From Malacoraja senta (Eukaryota), in assembly GCA_038087875.1 (NCBI GenBank), contig JAXLNO010000260.1, positions 1 through 64,000 on the forward strand: a stretch of DNA of 64,000 bases. Reading direction: 5' to 3'. The notes under the pieces were generated by a model. That model was not told the origin of the DNA and searched no databases. It worked only from the letters and a program-made list of their open reading frames with translations. Numbering within the stretch: position 1 is the first letter of the stretch; each line of letters begins with the position of its first letter. Made by a program: the position numbers and the translations under genes. Positions 26,214 through 39,871 of this stretch are shown piece after piece.

Positions 26214-27052
26214 GGGCGGCAGGGTGGTGCAGCTGATAGAGCTGCTGCCTCATAGTACTATAGACCCGGGTACAATACTGACCTCAGGTGCTGCCTGTGT
26301 GGTGTTTGCAGATTCTCCCTGTGACCATGTAGGTTTCCTTTGGCTGTCTCTAGTTTCCTCCCACATCCCAAAGATATGCGGGTTTATAGGTTAATTGGCT
26401 TCTGTAAATTGTGCCTGATGTGTAGGAATGAATGAATGAATACGTTTATTGGCCAAGTATTCACATACAAGGAATTTGCCATGGTGTTCCGCCCACAAGT
26501 GACAACATAACATACAGTGACAGTTAAGAATGATACAGAAAACATTAAACATTAATAATAAATGGATGTGAAAGTGAGATAACATAGCATTGGTGTGAAT
26601 GGGTGATCGATGGTCAGTACGGACTTGATACATCGAAGGGTTTGTTTCCATGATGTATCTGTCAATTGATTAATATGAAAAATGTTAAATAGATTAAGAG
26701 CAGAATGTGAATAAATTCCCTGTTTGCATTAGTATGTTATCAGATTAATTTAACATTGTTTTTACAGTGGATTATTTCCTTAAAATCTATCTACATGATT
26801 GTGTTCACAACTTGATTGTGAAAGCTCTTGGTATATACATTGGCTGCCTCACAGTGCCAGAGATCCAGTTTCAATCCTGACCTTGGGTGCGGTCGATATG
26901 GAGTTTGCACATTCTCCATGTGACTGCATGGGTTTCCCCTGGATGATCTGTTTTCCTCCCACATCTCAAAGAAGCTCAATAGGTTAATTGGCCTCTGTAA
27001 ATTGTCCCTAGTATGTAGGGAGTGGATAGCAAGGGGGATAACATAGAACTAG
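26214..27052 (+). mobile_element. Two older V-SINEs; the first is interrupted by a (TTCA)n-tailed LINE 3' fragment at about 26425-26560
   Basis: SINE heads at about 26214 and 26840; V-domain tttcctcccacatc in both. Confidence 0.7.
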
Positions 27053-27974
27053 TATTTTTAATTCATCCTCTGCATGTGGTTCATGCTAGAAAAAGCCAAT
27101 CTAATTACACTTGTGTTGATTGTTTACCACCTTCTTGAACTGCTACAATTCACATTTTGCAGATGCAAAGAAACCTCTGTTAGATAGAGCTTTTGATGGA
27201 AGAATAATGAAGGATGGGGCAAGATGGCAAGTCATTGGGAGGATAACTTGAAGATATGAGTGTATCAATGTACTTTTTCTTCTTATACTTTGTGACCTTA
27301 TGAGGTCCTGTCAAAGGTCATGGAGTCATTGAGTTATACAGCATGGAAACAGACTCTTCGGCCCAACTTGTGCATGCTAACCTCGTTAACATTCTTGCCT
27401 CATCCCATTTGCCTCTATTTGTCCCATATCCCACTAAACTTTTGTGCAGATGGTTTGTAGGTTCTTGAGAAATTCATTTGGAAAAAAACCTCACAAAAGT
27501 ATTATTAACAATGTCTAGTACGAGGGTTATAACGGGTCAACATGTGTTTCAGTATATTGGAGCAATTTACCTTCCAGTTACATACAGAGCCAGACAGGTC
27601 TCAGATAATTCTGGATGCATTTAATGAACATGTCCAACTTAAGTCAGCTTTCAGTGGTGAATAGTTTCAAGAAATTACAGAAATTAAATGCAGCATTTTG
27701 TTTAGGTTGTTAACAGAGACAAAGCCTTTTTTTGAGATAATATACCAAGACATGGCTGCATGGTTCTTCTAACACACAGGGAAATTGCTCATTTATTGCT
27801 TTGTTACCTTGGGAAGATTTGGACATTTCCCAGGGCAGTTAAATGTGTTTTTCAAACTTTTAAATATACTAAGTAATTAAGCAGGACAAACAACAGCTTA
27901 AGCTCCTTGGATATGTAACTTCAATTCTCCATTTTATGTTTCTTTTTCTTGTAAACTAACTACATTGACATCAC

Positions 27975-29927
27975 TAGAGCCAGGATTTTGCCATAAATGC
28001 CTTTTCGTGCCTTTTTTGATGATTTCACCAGGATAATGCCTTTTTCATGATCGAGTGCCTATATCAGCCTTTTTTTTGCCGTTTTGCTAAAAGGTTGTGC
28101 TATTTTCTCAAGTTGTACCGTTTTCTATGTTAACACGTTAATATTAATATTAAAGTTATTGCAAGAAAACTTCCACCACCGGGGCGAAATAGAGGGCACC
28201 ACCATCGGTCATTGATTCGTTTGTGCCGCTGCCCACTGGTTCAGTCTTCTCCAAGAACTATTTAAGAAAGAACTGCAGATACGGGAAAAATCGAAGGTAG
28301 ACAAAAAATGCTGAAGAAACTCTGCGGGTGAGGCAGCATCTATGGAGAGAAGGAATAGGCGACGTTTCGGGTCGAGACCCTTATTCAGACTGATGTGGGG
28401 TGGGGGGGGCTGGGAAAAAAAGGAAGAGGCGGAGACAGTAGGACTAGAAGGGAAGCTGGGAAGGGGAGGGGGAGGAGGGAGAAGACAAGGTCTATCTAAA
28501 ATTAGAGAAGTCAATGTTGATACCGCTGGGATGACTACCCAAGCGAAATACCCAAGCTTGTATCCTCACTACATTTACTGCTGGCTCCAGTCGCAAATCT
28601 GGGTTTTCGAGTGATCTGTGCAAGGATTGTGCATTGATGCTGGAATTCTACTGTGGAAATTGGAAAACAAATCTCTTAGAGTTTTTTTTAGAAACATATA
28701 CATAGACCAAGCGAGTCATCATTACGGAAAAATTATGTTGACAGCAACTTCAACATTGTTGTCCAGAAAATTAGAGATGAAGTTGCATGCAACAAAATAT
28801 GGATCTCAATAGACGAGACAACTATGCTATGGGGAGTTATGTTGCCAATGTGCTCATCGGTACACTGGAGGCAGGTCAACCATCAAAGGAGTATTTGTTG
28901 ACATCGGAAGTATTGGAAAAGTCAAACAGCTGAACTATTGCTCAGTTGTTTATATCTTCACTTGCTGTACCTTAGCCAGAAGGTATATAACATGAGAATG
29001 CTCTTCTGTTTGTGACTTAGTTTTATTCCCCAAAATGTAGCATTTGACATGCTTAGCTCAAGGACTTCATAGAATTGCCAAGGAAATACATAGCTTGTTT
29101 CCAAATGTCAATCACCTAGTTTCCAATGTCAAGAAAATCTTCCTCAAAGCACCGTCACGTGTGCCGTTGTTAAAGGAAACGGCACCCGAGTTTCTGCTAC
29201 ATCCTCAGCCCGTTTTGACTAGGTGGGGTACATGGCTCTCTGCTGTACTCTACAATGCTGCAAAACTTGAAAAGATAAAAGAAATCGCCAACTGTTTTGA
29301 AGAAGAAGAATCTGCTGCAATCAGGATCGTCAGTGAAATCATGCAGAAAAACTCCCTCCACCGAGATCTTGTATTTATTGCTTCCAATTTTGCAAACTTC
29401 CCACAAGCTAACACTTCCCTTGAGAAACGTGGCGAAACATTAGTGAACAACTTGCAGGTTTTCAACAAACTGACGATATTCGTGAAGTTCCTGGTGATAT
29501 AGGTAAAGACATACAAGGAAAATGTGAGAGAGTGATTTTAGCTAACAAAGATCTTGAAGAAATAGAAAACATAGCTAAAGTTCTCAAAGGTAGTTGTAAT
29601 GCACAAGATATCGACATGAATATAGAGTCTGTAGCTTGTTTCGGGTATGCACCAGTGACCTCAGCTGAGGTAGAAAGAAGTTTTTCGCAACTGAAGCATA
29701 TTCTGTCTGACAGACGGCATAGTTTAACACCAGAATTTTTTTTTAAAATGCTAGTAATTATGTGCAACCAGGCAACTTTGGTCATTTCATATAGTTCACC
29801 TTTATATTATCATTTTAACCATATTTTGGTGATGGAAATAAATGCCTTGTCATGCCTTTTTTGTAATTTTATTATGCCTTTTTGCCTGCCTATTTCAGTT
29901 TTTTAGTGCCTAAACATCCTGGCTCTA
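27975..29927 (+). mobile_element. hAT DNA transposon with decayed CGGBP-like transposase
   Basis: TIR tagagccaggat / atcctggctcta; 8-bp TSD gacatcac / gtcatcac; motifs KIWISIDETT, YVANVLIG, TCLAQGLH, LTRWGTWL, PVTSAEVERSFS across frameshifts. Confidence 0.9.
28262..28550 (-). mobile_element. Penelope tail with mutated hammerhead core, inserted in the hAT element
   Basis: Reverse complement of 28361-28388 is ctgaataagggtctcgacccgaaacgtc. Confidence 0.8.
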
Positions 29928-30289
29928 GTCATCACCTATCCAAGTTCTCCAGGGATCTTGTCTGACCCACTGAGTTACTCCAGCACTTTGTGTAAACCAG
30001 CATCTGCTGTTCCTTGTTTCCACATTGTTGATTAGGAGGGTCTTTGTGACAATGACCTTGATAATTAAGATCATCAAAATTATCGCCACATTATATTCTT
30101 AATATATGGCCACTTTTGGTGTTGTTCCTAAAAGTATATTTGGAAAGTTTCACCTTGTGGAACATTTAGCCATTTTATGCACAATCTGTGAGTTTAAAAC
30201 CCCAGGCCTCATGTAATGCAAGCCGAGGATCTATATTGTTGTTTCATTCGTTGCAATAAAGGATTGCTATGATATTCTAGGAAATGGCT

Positions 30290-30545
30290 ATAAGGTGAGA
30301 GGGAGAAAGTTGAATGGAGATCAGCGGGGCAAGGGTGGTGGGGGCATGGAATGCATTGCCAAGAGTGGTAGTGGAGGATGATACGATAGTGACATTTAAG
30401 AGGCATTTAGATAGGCACCTGGAAGTGCAATGTATAGAGGGTTCTGGGTCATGTGCAGGCAGATGAGATCAATTCAGCTAGGCATCATGTTGTCGGTCGA
30501 AGGGCCCGTTCCCGTGCTGTACTGTTCTAAGTTCTATGTTATATG
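30290..30545 (+). mobile_element. Old CR1 3' fragment
   Basis: tggaatgcattgccaagagtggtagtggagg...ggtcgaagggcccgttcccgtgctgtactgttcta. Confidence 0.7.
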
Positions 30546-31384
30546 TTATTATCCTAATATCTTTTATTTTCTCATGTTTTGTTTCTGAACAGAGTTGATG
30601 TTTCAATTGTAATATTTGGATAATTAACAGTATTTTCATTAAATAAGAAGTGTTGGAACTTAATAAGGAAAAAAGGGAACTTAATTAGGAAAACAAGGGA
30701 TTGCGAAAACTGCTTAGCTTGGGTCAGCACGTAACTGCCAGATATTTATGTGTGCATCTGTCAGCGTAATCAGAAAACAACAAAATTGACCAAGTCAGCA
30801 ACCTAAGTTAAAGTGCGTAATGGAATGGACTATCTATTACATGATCATGCTTTATAAGAGATGACAGAGTAACCTAGTCGGGAGAGCATTTTTCCTCATT
30901 CTAACAATCAAGCTGATAGGAAAAGTGATAGGATGTGCAAACAGTTTCGCAAAGGGTCGCCTTTGAATTAAAAAAAACTGACAGAGTAGTACAGAACACT
31001 CTCCGAGAACTGATTGGGTCTAAAGTGATGTCTTAACTTCTTTCCAGGATGTGCCAATGTTTCTGCATGCAGCAGCATTGCAATGCAGCAAAAAGAAACC
31101 GCAGTGCCCCTTAGTTAACATGTCACTGTGGTTGTCTAGTCTCCAGTGAGATCTTGCTCATACATCCTTCATTTTTTTTATCAATATTTATTGTGTGCAA
31201 CTGAGCTCAGACTTCTCCGGAGGCAGTTTGACTGACTCTGTTTTCATCAGCCTTTTCCTATTGCAGTATTGCAAATGTTATTGTTTAAGGGTTGCTCTCC
31301 CTTGAAAGGGGTTTCTCCTGTTATTAACTTCAGAGTTTGTACCCGATTTACAATAGTAATATTAGAAAATTACCTTGGTTTCAC

Positions 31385-31566
31385 TTAACCAAAGCCAATT
31401 AACCTACAAACCTGTATGTTTTTGGAGAGTGGGAGGAGACACCCGGAAAAAACCCAGTCACAAGTAGAATGTACAAACTCCATACAGACAGCACCCATAG
31501 CCAGGATTGAACCCGGGTCTCTGGCTCTGTCAGGCAGCAACTGTACAACTGTGCCACTGTGCTGCC
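31385..31566 (-). mobile_element. V-SINE fragment
   Basis: Reverse complement of the SINE head and V-domain. Confidence 0.75.
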
Positions 31567-31904
31567 CCTTTATTTCTCCTTTACTTCTGCTCCTTGACTC
31601 TGCCTATACAAGTAAAGATTTCTCCAAATACTGGAATCTGGCCTATTGTCCTCTCCATGTCTGGGTAAGCCATCTGGACATGGCCGTGCTTTCATCTATC
31701 ACAGTTATAGGCTGTGAGGGCAGCATTTCAGAGCTGAGGGTTCGCTCGTTCCAAGTTCTATCTCATGGGAGTCTTCCACATTGGGGCAGTCAGAATGAAG
31801 AAGTAGCTGGAATAATTCTCATGTGCTTACAGCTACAATAGCCTCTGTACATGTTCGGAAGTGCTTGTGTCTGCTCTTCCTTTCCTCTCTCTTCCCAATT
31901 GCAA

Positions 31905-32030
31905 TTTCTGCTGAAATACTACGAAAGAACGTGAACCAGATGGACAGGCAGGAGCAGCAGCTGGAAGATGACATTAAGACATTCCTGCCACCAGTCAGTG
32001 AGTATGAGAAGCTTGTGAAAAAGAATGACA
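31905..32030 (+). pseudogene. Decayed exon of a Diaphanous-related formin (FH2 domain)
   Basis: (V/I)SAEILRKNVNQMDRQEQQLEDDIKTFLPPVSEYEKLVKK-MT aligns without gaps to the DIAPH segment as I recall it (VSxExLxKNLxQMxRQxxQLExDxxTFPPxxDxxDKFVxKMT). It follows a polypyrimidine tract ending tgcaa and is followed by atatcttt. Confidence 0.75.
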
Positions 32031-32449
32031 ATATCTTTTCACAGAAGACTGGGATGAATACATTGTGTGGCTGTTTAAAACTTGTCAGGTTCACTTGCAA
32101 CTGTCTAGTCTCCTTACTCTTGTCTTAGCTGCTGCCAGAGTGAAAGGGATTTCATGGACAACAACCCACTTCTGGGTGTGACTTGTTCCAGTACTGCATA
32201 CCTTCCAGTGTAAAATACATAATGCAGAGGAGGATAAAGTAATTAAATAAATTAACTGGATCTCTTTTCCTGAGTCCTCATTTTCTTCATGATGAATAAG
32301 CATTGAAATTAAGATCAACGTTTGGTTAAGTAGAAACAAAGAACTGCAGATGCTGGCATAAGCACAAAAATACTTCTGCTCTCTGACTCTGCTTATTCAT
32401 GAAAAGATCTCTCCAAAAATGTTTTACTTTACTTGAATCAAGCCTTCGT

Positions 32450-32477
32450 CTGAAGAAGGGTCTCGACCCGAAACGTC
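32450..32477 (+). ncRNA. Minimal hammerhead ribozyme core, best copy in the window
   Basis: CTGAAGA-a-GGGTC-tc-GACCC-GAAAC-GTC, inside a short Penelope-derived repeat (about 32330-32540). Confidence 0.7.
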
Positions 32478-33778
32478 ATTTATCCATTTTCTCCAGAGAT
32501 GCTGTCTGACCCGTTGAGTTACTCCAGCACTTTGTGTCCATTTGGTTTAGTAGCACTAAATTGAATGTAGTATTCACCCTATATCTCCTGAAAGAAAGGG
32601 AAACAAATCTAGCAGAAGTAAACATAAAATTATTAGAAAACTCTCAACATAAGGAAAACAGAGAATTTAAAATCTCAAAAAAGACCATTTTACGACTGTG
32701 TCTGCCAGTTCTCCAAAAGAATGGTTACATGGAAGTGATCCTCAAGCATTTCTTCATTTACACTTGTAATATTTTCTTCTACAAATATTTAGCAATTTCT
32801 TTTTAAAACCTATTTGCATCAACCTGTATTTTTCAATTAATAATGAGAGGAATTTTGGGATAATTATATTACATGCCAGTACTGTTCAAACTTGATACTG
32901 GTAGTAAATAACTTGGGGGTTAAAGTTGTCCCCTCATTACTGGTGATTTAGTAACAGAATTAAATATCAGTGCCAATTCATAAAGATCTATATGAAAAAT
33001 CACAGCTTTTAAATAATTGAAATATTTCTCGATTTTCTCTTTAACTAATTTACAGAAATGATCAGGAACAGTTTGAAATATCTTCATAAAATCTACAAAG
33101 GGGTGCCTTGTTGAATTTACCTTATGTGCATATATATCTCTAATGAGAGTTTCACAATGAAAATTCATAAAAGAAAATTAACATATGTCCTTTCAATTTT
33201 GTTGGACTTCCTTCTATAACCTCTGCTACTTTTGAAATCGCATACACATGGTTTCCTTTCTTATTCTGTGAATTGATGCATTATAACCTTTTGAACTGTA
33301 AATTGCAATTATTTCTTCTTATTTCAGTGGAGTACTTGCCAACGATTGTAGCTGTGTCTGCCAGAGTGTCTTTAAATGTGGGAGTGTCTCTACATTTTGT
33401 GTGAAATATGTAACATTGTCTCTTGCCCATAAAAGGTTAGCAGTGCAAGAATTTGCTTTGCATGTGATAGAAATGTTTACATTGTTCCTTCAACTGATGA
33501 ATCCTTGGAACAGTCAGGAGATCACAAATACCCTAAATGGCTATAATTATTTGAAAAGCAGCGCTGAGTATCAAAGGCAACACTGAGCAATCTAAGACTG
33601 CAGCAAAGAGCCTTAACGAGGAACTTAATTAACTCTTTCTAGTTTCAGTCATCTTTGACACATTTTCTTCACTTATCCTCAAAAGTTTTCTTCAAAGGGC
33701 AGAAATGCAGATACTATGTCTCCATTGTCAGTTTGACTTTTTCTATAGTTAGTGGGTAGCGTCATGAAATAATAAAGA

Positions 33779-35034
33779 TAGTTCTGCTACAACACAACTT
33801 TCCATAACATGAATTGGATATCCGTAGGTGATGAACCACAAAACACAATTTATATCTGAAGAAGGATTCTGACCAAAACATCACCTATCACTCCAGCATT
33901 TTGTGTCTATCTTTGGTATACATTATCATCTGCAGTTCCTACCTGAACTATTTATATTAAGCAGGTCTTAGTTGGTTATAATGCAATTTAAATTGTTAAC
34001 TTGAGAGCTACTTAAAGGGGCTGTCCCACTTGGGCGACCTAATCCACGAGTTCTGGTGAGTTTGCCCTCGGCTCATACTCGCAGCATGGTCGACACGAGG
34101 TCCTAGGAGGTCTTTGTAACTCTTCTTCATGCTCGAGAGTAGTCCCCATGTACTCGAGGCCTCAACTAGGTCGCGGCGTATTTTTCAACATGTTGAAAAA
34201 TGCCCACGAGTAAAAAAAGGTCGCCATGCAAAAAATCAATACTTTTTTTACTCGTAGGTTTAGTCGTAGTAGGTCGGCATGTTAGTCGTAGGTAATCGAG
34301 GGTAGTCGAAGGTAATTTAAGGTAGTCGAAGGTAGTCGTAGATAGTCTTCATCATAGTTGAAGGGAGGTCAAAGGAGATCGAAGGAGGTCGTCTTCACTC
34401 CACTATTCGGTGTCCAATTTTCCAGAAGTTAGTCATAGCTAGTCGTAGCTAGTCAAAGCTAGTCTTCAACATAGTCGAAGGAGGTTGAAGGAGGTCTTCT
34501 ACATAGTCGAAGGAGGTCTTCAACATGACATTTTTTCAAACTCTCCTAAACTCTTCTAAACTCGGCAATTAGGTCGCCGCAGTGGGACAGCCCCTTAACA
34601 GTTATTTTGGAAATTGACAAGCAGGAAAACAAAGCTGCCTTGAATTGAACAGTTTAGGTGAAAACTGTTTCCATGTTACCTCCCCCACAGTGCCCATACA
34701 CCATTGACTCTTAAGAACACAGCTGCTACTTTAACCATGGGGGATAGTTAATAAAATTGACAAGCAATCACTGCTTTCGACACTTGCACAACTATACTCT
34801 ATTAAACAATGTAACATACAACTGTTAGTACTTTTAGCTACAGTGACAAAAAGGAACATATTTCTATCGAAATGACCTTTAGGTTTGAAAATTCAGCAGA
34901 AAAAAATAACTTGCGGGTCAAAAACACTCTGGCCCCCAACAGCATTTCCTCCGTTGACACAACTGTCTTTATAAGGCGATTTTCTATAACATGAGATTTC
35001 TTAGCAGCACAACTATCACGTTATAACAGAATTA
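33779..35034. mobile_element. Possible ancient Tc1/mariner (Tigger-like) non-autonomous element hosting later insertions
   Basis: Imperfect inverted ends tagttctgctacaac / gttataacagaatta with repeated subterminal ataacatg motifs. Confidence 0.4.
34016..34595. mobile_element. PIF/Harbinger-type MITE, family B
   Basis: TIR aggggctgtcccact / agtgggacagcccct, TAA TSD on both sides; interior built from tagtcgaagg / tagtcgtag repeats. Confidence 0.92.
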
Positions 35035-36907
35035 ATTGAAATCACAACTAGATCTTTACTAGAAGTTGTTTTGTTTGCTTTATAACAATGCATGCATGCT
35101 ATCACAAATGGCTACTATTCTGGGACAGACAGGAGAAAAGCAGATGTGACATTATTTTTGCCATTCCTGAAAAAGTAGTAATATGCCTGCTAAAATAAAA
35201 ATCTGTGAAGCAATATAATTTTTAGACAGCTTGATGTGATTTCAATAAAATGATATAATGCTATTTTCCTTTCTCAAAAAATAACTGCTCTATTAAACAC
35301 ATAATTTAAAAGCAGAAGCTCACCACAACACAATGCCTTACTGCAACTAAGTTTTACAATTTCCTTTGAATGTATTGAACAATCTTAGTTGGATGGTGTC
35401 AGGAAGTGAAATGAATGTTACTTTCAAAGATTACATTGCTAACACAACTCCCTGCTGAGATTTTTGTACACTCATTAATGCAGACAAAAGTGCTTCTATC
35501 CCAAGAGCGTAATAAGACAAATACTGATGGCATTTATTTGGCATGTAAAAGAAACACTTCTGTGCAGAAGAACATCAAGGTGCACCGCTTGTTTATTTTA
35601 AGATTTAGCATACATTTATATTCTCTCCTCTTAATATGAATCATTCCAAATTTATCCTCATTCATCCAGGAAGTTTATTTTACCCCCCTTGTATGTACAG
35701 TTAGCAGCTGTTGTGGCAACATATTCATTTCAATCGTTTTGTTTTAATTAGTGGTTGGCATCGAAAATTAATAATTGTGCTTGGATCTAAACTGGAAGTT
35801 GTTTAGTTTGCTTTATGATAATCTAAATCAACAGGACAGGGATTGCATGCATATTAAGAAATCCTTGGGTACTAGATTCCCCTGTTTCTTCAGCTAAGCA
35901 GCTTAGTGCCACATATGACACTACAGGACAATTAGAAGACAAAAGATGCCAGTGATCATTCTAGTGCAGTGCTTATACTGACATATTTCTGAAGTACTCT
36001 CGAAAGGAGAATTGAAAGGATTTTAAATGGATGTGCACCAATATGGCTGTGGACAGCTTGATTGTAATAGAAACATAGAAAATAGGTGCAGGACTAGGCC
36101 ATTCAGCCCTTCAAGCCAGCACCACCATTCAATATGATCATGGCTGATCATACGAAATCGGTATCCCTTGATTCCCATAGCCCTAAGAGCTAAATATAAC
36201 TCTCTCTTGAAAACATCCAGTGAATTGGCTCCCACTGCCTTCTGTGGCAGAGAATTCCACAGACTCACAACTCTCTGGGTGAAAAAGATTTCCCTCATCT
36301 CAGTCCTAAATGGCCTACCCCTTATTCTTAAAATGCGACACCTGGCTCTGGACTCCCCCAACATCGGGAACATTTTTCCTGCATTTACCCTGTCCAATCC
36401 TCTAAAATGTTTATATATTTTATAATATCCTCTCTCGTCCTTCTAAATTCAAGAGAATACAAGCCCAGTCAACCCATTCCTTCATCATACCCAAGTCCCG
36501 CCATCCCGGGAATTAAGCTGGTGAACCTATGCTGCACTTCCTCAATAGTAATAATGTCCTTCCTCAAATTAGGAGACCAAAATTGCACACAATACTCCAG
36601 ATGCGGTCTCACCAGGGCCCTGTACAACTGCAGTAGGACCTCTTTCCTCCTAAACTCAAATCTTCTAGCAATAAAGGCCAACATGCCATTGGCTTTCTTC
36701 ACTGCCTGCTGTACCTGTATGCTTACTTTCAGTGACTGATGTACAAGCACAACCAGATCACATTGCACGTCCCCTTCTCCTAATCTGACATCATTCAGAT
36801 AATAATTTGCCTTCCTGTTCTTGAAACCAAAGTGGATAAATCTTCTGCTCACTCACCTAACCTATCCAAGTCACCCTGCAGCCTCATACCATCCTCCTCG
36901 CAGCTCA

Positions 36908-37508
36908 AGGCTATGTCTTACCTGTTTGCGGTCATCGGCGTCGCCAGTAGCGAGGACCACGCGGCAACGGCGAGAGCGTCGAGCCTATCCACCGGAGCGC
37001 CGCACGGATGCTGCGCGGGGGCCGAGTTAATTCAAACACGGCGGGTCCCACGTGCTTGCGGTAAGTAAAAAAAGGGCGGGCCGACGGCGATGACGTCGGC
37101 CCGCCGCACGTGACTCACCAGCCGGCGGCTGTGGCGCGGCCATCCTGATCGCGGCGCTGTAGAGGTAGCTGTGCCTGCGGCCGTGCAGCACTGGCTTCCG
37201 GCACGTGCCTCACTGGCGGCGGCACGTGCCTCACTGGCGGAGGCTGTGGCAGTGGAGGTTTGACGCACGGCGCTCGAGCCACACTGGCGGCGGCCCGTGC
37301 GGGCGGCCGTGCCGCACTTGTGCATCACTGGTGGAGGTTGTGCGGTGAGTATTTGGTTTTCGACATTGTCGATTTTATTTTAGCACCGCGCGGTGTTGGG
37401 AACACCGCCGCACGGCCCGGGAATTGTATGTTCTTACGAGTGCGCGGTCTATGGCGGCAGATTCTTCCCGTTTCGCCGCCAATGACCGCAGACTCGTGAG
37501 ACAGGCCT
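36908..37508. mobile_element. PIF/Harbinger-type MITE, family C
   Basis: Ends aggctatgtcttac / gtgagacaggcct; reverse-complement homolog of 52785-53387; interrupts the CR1 RT. Confidence 0.85.
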
Positions 37509-38359
37509 TTTACTCTGCCACCCAGCTGTGTGCCATCCGCAAACTTAGAGATGTTACATTTAATTCCGTCGTCTAAATCGTTAATATATATTGTGAACAA
37601 CTGGTGTCACAGCACCCAGCCTTGCGGCACTCAACAGTCCTACACATTGCTTCCTATCTTCCAACCAGTTCTCTATCCATGTCAATTCCCTACCCCCAAT
37701 ATCATGTGCACTATTTTTGCATACTTGTGTGGAACCTTGTCAAAGGCTTTTTGAAAGTCCAGATACACCACACCCACTGGCTCTCCCTTATCCATTCTAC
37801 TTATTACATCCTCAAAAAATTCCAAAAGATTAGTCAAGCATGATTTCACCTTCATAAATCTATGCTGACTTTGACCGATCCTGTCACAGCTTTCCAAATG
37901 CGCTGCTGTAACACCTTTACTAATCGACTCCAGCATCTTCCCCACGACCGATGTAAGGCTAACTGGTCTATAATTCCCCGTTTCTCACCCCTTCCTTTCT
38001 TAAAAAGTGGAGTTACATTGGCTACCCTCCAGTCCACAGGAACTGATCCAGAGTCGAGAGAACATTGGAAAATGATCACCAATGCATCCACGATTTCTAG
38101 GGCCACCTCCTGGAGTACTCTGGGATGCAGACCATCAGGCCCTGGGGATTTGTCTGCCTTCAGTCCCAACAGTTTATTAACACCATTTTCTAACTAATGT
38201 GGATTCCCTTCAGCTCCTCCCTCCCACTACATCATTGGTCCCCGAGTATTTCTGAGAGATTGTTTGTGTCTTCCTCAGTGAGACAGTACCAAATTATTTG
38301 TTTAACTATTCTGCCATTTCCTTGTTTCCCATTATAAATTCACCTGTTTCTGACTGTAA

Positions 38360-38834
38360 TGGGCCTGCCCCACTTAGGCGATTTTTAGGCGACTGCTGGC
38401 AACGGTCATACTTGTAGCAGGTCGCCGAAAAACCAGCGACTGGACTAATAGGCCTGTCCCACAGACAATTTTTTAGTCAACTGCCGGCAAATACAACAAT
38501 GGAATTCACCGAAGTCAGACCCAGCGTCAACCTAGGTCACCTGGCGATAACCTACGACATCCTGGCGACAACCTACGTTAACCTGGCGACAATGTATGAC
38601 AGCACCTACGTCAAGCTACTCTCATTGGCGTCTAACCCACAGGCACCACTGTCGGCAAAATTTTTTCAACATGTTGAAAATCCAGCGACGACCAGAAAGA
38701 TGCTACGACTGTTTGGGCGATTGAGGAGACTACTCACGACCATACAGGCGACACTCCGGTGACCACCGGCGACCATGTGGCGACAGCCTAGTCGACTGTA
38801 GTCGCCTAAAAAAATCACGTAAGTGGGACAGGCA
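38360..38834. mobile_element. PIF/Harbinger-type MITE, family D
   Basis: tgggcctgccccacttaggcga ... taagtgggacaggc after TAA; homologous to 48516-49178. Confidence 0.85.
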
Positions 38835-39871
38835 AGGGACCTACATTCGTCTTCACTGATCTTTTCCTTTTTACATACCTAAAGAAACTTTTACAGTCAG
38901 CTTTTATATTCCTTGCAAGCTGTCTTTCATGTTTTTGTTTACCCCTCTCAATTAACCACTTTGTCTTCCTCTGTTGCGTTCTAAATTTCTCCCAGTCCTC
39001 TGGTTTGCCGCTTCTTCTGGCCAATTTATATGCCTCTTCCTTGGCTTTAACACTATCCTTGACTACCCTCGTCAGCCACGGTTGAGCTGCCGTCCCAGTT
39101 TTATTTTTTCAGCAGACAGGGATGAACAATTTCTGGAGTTCATCCATGCGGTCTTTAAATCTTCACCATTGCATCTCCACTGTCAACCCTTTAAGTATAA
39201 TTTGCCAGTCTATCCTAGCCAATTCCCATCTCAAACCTTCAAAGTCTTCATTCAGAGATCCTAGTCTCTGAATTAATCGTGTCACTCTCCATCCTAATGC
39301 AGAATTCCACCATATTATGGTCACTGTTGCCCAAGGGGCCTTGCACAACAAGGTCGCTAACTAATCCTTCCTCATTACACAATACCCAGTCTAGAATGGC
39401 CTGCCCACTAGTCGGTTCCTCTACATATTGGTTTAAAAACCCATTCCGTATACATTCCAGGGAATCCTCCTCCTCAGCATTGTTACCAATTTGGTTGGCC
39501 GAATATATATGTAGATTAAAGTTACTCGTGATAACCGCTGTACCTTTGCTACACGCATCCCTAATTTCCTGCTTGATGCTATCCCCAACTTCCCTACTGC
39601 TGTTTGATGGTCTTTATACAACTCCAACAAGCATTTTCTGCCCTTGGCCAATTCGCAGTTCTACCCATACAGATTCTACAGCATCCAAACTAATGTCTCT
39701 CCTTGCTATTGCATTAATCTCCTCTTTAACCAGCAATGCCACCCCATCTCCTCTTCCTTTCTGTCCATTATTCCTGAATATCAAATACCCCTGCATGTTT
39801 AACTCCCAGCCTTGGTCAGCCTGGGGCCATGTCTCTGTAATTCCAACTATATCATATCTCTTGACCACTAA

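Noticed and set aside
30755..30810. tcagcgtaatcagaaaacaaca, loosely like the DIAPH SADQKTT motif of the upstream exon
   Set aside because: Similarity does not extend either way and there are no splice signals; probably chance.
34240..34530. Regular short repeats that could suggest a CRISPR-like array
   Set aside because: Degenerate 7-10 bp words with no spacers, inside a TIR element in eukaryotic DNA.
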